From an uncultured Actinomycetes bacterium (GTDB lineage: Bacteria; Actinomycetota; Actinomycetes; Streptosporangiales; Streptosporangiaceae), in assembly GCA_963834705.1 (NCBI GenBank), contig CAWICV010000014.1, positions 77,328 to 141,327 of the forward strand: 64,000 bases of DNA. The letters are read 5' to 3'. Position 1 is the first letter of the stretch. Each line of letters starts with the position of its first letter. The position numbers and the translations under genes were made by a program. The notes below the pieces were generated by a model. The model was not told where the DNA came from. It did no database searches and saw nothing but the letters and a program-made list of their open reading frames with translations. Of this stretch, positions 63,346 to 64,000 are shown in pieces.

Positions 63346-64000
63346 ATGAGCCAGCACAATGGCGCGGCCAAGGTCAAGGCGAGCAAGGACGGCAAGGCCA
63401 AGAGCAAGGCAAGGCAAGCGAGCAAGGTCGAGCGGCTGCCGAAGAAGGCCTACGAGGCCGAGCTGTACCGGCTGCAGGCGGAGCTGGTCAAGGTCCAGGA
63501 GTGGGTGCGCGCCGAGAGCGCCCGGATCGTGATCATCTTCGAGGGCCGTGACGCGGCCGGCAAGGGCGGCACGATCACACGGGTCGCCCAGTACCTGAAC
63601 CCGCGGGTCGCCCGCATCGTCGCGCTGCCCGCGCCGACGGAGCGGGAACAGACCCAGTGGTATTTCCAGCGCTACGTGGACCACCTGCCGTCCGGCGGGC
63701 AGATCGTGCTGTTCGACCGGAGCTGGTACAACCGGGCCGGCGTCGAGCACGTGATGGGGTTCTGCACCAAAGAGGAGTACGCCCGGTTCCTGCACCAGTG
63801 CCCGATCTTCGAGCGGCTGCTGGTGGAAGACGGCATCCTGCTCCGCAAGTACTGGTTCTCGGTCAGCGACGCGGAGCAGCAGTCGCGGTTCCGGTCCCGG
63901 CTGGAGGACCCGATGCGGCGGTGGAAGCTGTCCCCGATGGACCTGGAGTCGATCACCCACTGGGAGGACTACAGCCGGGCCAAGGACGAGATGCTGCTGC
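63346..64000 (+). CDS. ppk2: Polyphosphate kinase 2 (PPK2), 3'-partial at the window end
   Basis: I translated this by hand because it is absent from the ORF track. Motifs: 'IVIIFEGRDAAGKGGTI' (Walker A), 'QWYFQRYVDHLPSGGQIVLFDRSWYNRAGVEHVMGF' and 'RWKLSPMDLES'. RBS 'aggggg' precedes the ATG. Confidence 0.9.
   Translation, partial: MSQHNGAAKVKASKDGKAKSKARQASKVERLPKKAYEAELYRLQAELVKVQEWVRAESARIVIIFEGRDAAGKGGTITRVAQYLNPRVARIVALPAPTEREQTQWYFQRYVDHLPSGGQIVLFDRSWYNRAGVEHVMGFCTKEEYARFLHQCPIFERLLVEDGILLRKYWFSVSDAEQQSRFRSRLEDPMRRWKLSPMDLESITHWEDYSRAKDEMLL

Overview
Very GC-rich, actinomycete-type (Actinomycetota) chromosomal DNA with about 55 protein-coding loci. I found no rRNA, tRNA or CRISPR array.

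Gene content, left to right:
- FtsX-type permease (5' partial) and an S53 peptidase.
- A three-gene tyrosine-recombinase module: an active recombinase, a small HTH protein, and an 850-aa protein with about 9 zinc ribbons and a degenerate recombinase domain.
- VOC/glyoxalase gene flanked by tandem repeats, then a WhiJ-like XRE regulator divergent from an anti-sigma-kinase-like ATPase.
- LacI remnant, two F420/deazaflavin-type nitroreductase-family genes, an MFS sugar porter, a 5-oxoprolinase/hydantoinase fusion and a frameshifted Nudix-motif gene.
- Three universal stress protein genes, a NUDIX hydrolase, and beta-phosphoglucomutase (frameshifted) with a GH65 phosphorylase.
- An IclR-linked catabolic island in decay: FAH with an internal deletion, a CMD-family gene, IclR, two frameshifted SDRs and a ketopantoate-reductase remnant.
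- A DUF222/HNH element, a secreted Ala/Thr-rich protein, a multiply frameshifted remnant, an amidohydrolase, Lon protease, an acidic small protein and a CAP-domain protein.
- A HAL/PAL-family lyase lacking the canonical Ala-Ser-Gly MIO triad, a CoxL/S/M-type molybdenum hydroxylase (form-II signature) and a frameshifted MetE-like gene.
- A lower-GC island with a membrane protein, DUF397 and a second WhiJ-like XRE, then a DUF5995-like fusion protein.
- A partly decayed polysaccharide-biosynthesis cluster with embedded LuxR-type regulators and a soluble histidine kinase.
- The 5' part of a PPK2 polyphosphate kinase.

Most notable observations:
1. Frameshifted or truncated genes are unusually dense. 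Some carry deletions that sequencing error cannot explain.
2. A short G-run/C-run hairpin repeat occurs three times. Two copies sit in-frame inside coding sequences.
3. The recombinase pair consists of one catalytically complete enzyme and one apparently inactive, zinc-ribbon-rich partner.
4. The HAL-family gene has no canonical MIO triad and lies next to a Mo-hydroxylase.
5. There are many 13-21 bp tandem repeats, several in-frame within genes.

All functional calls rest on my reading of the translated ORFs and recalled family motifs. No database search was run.
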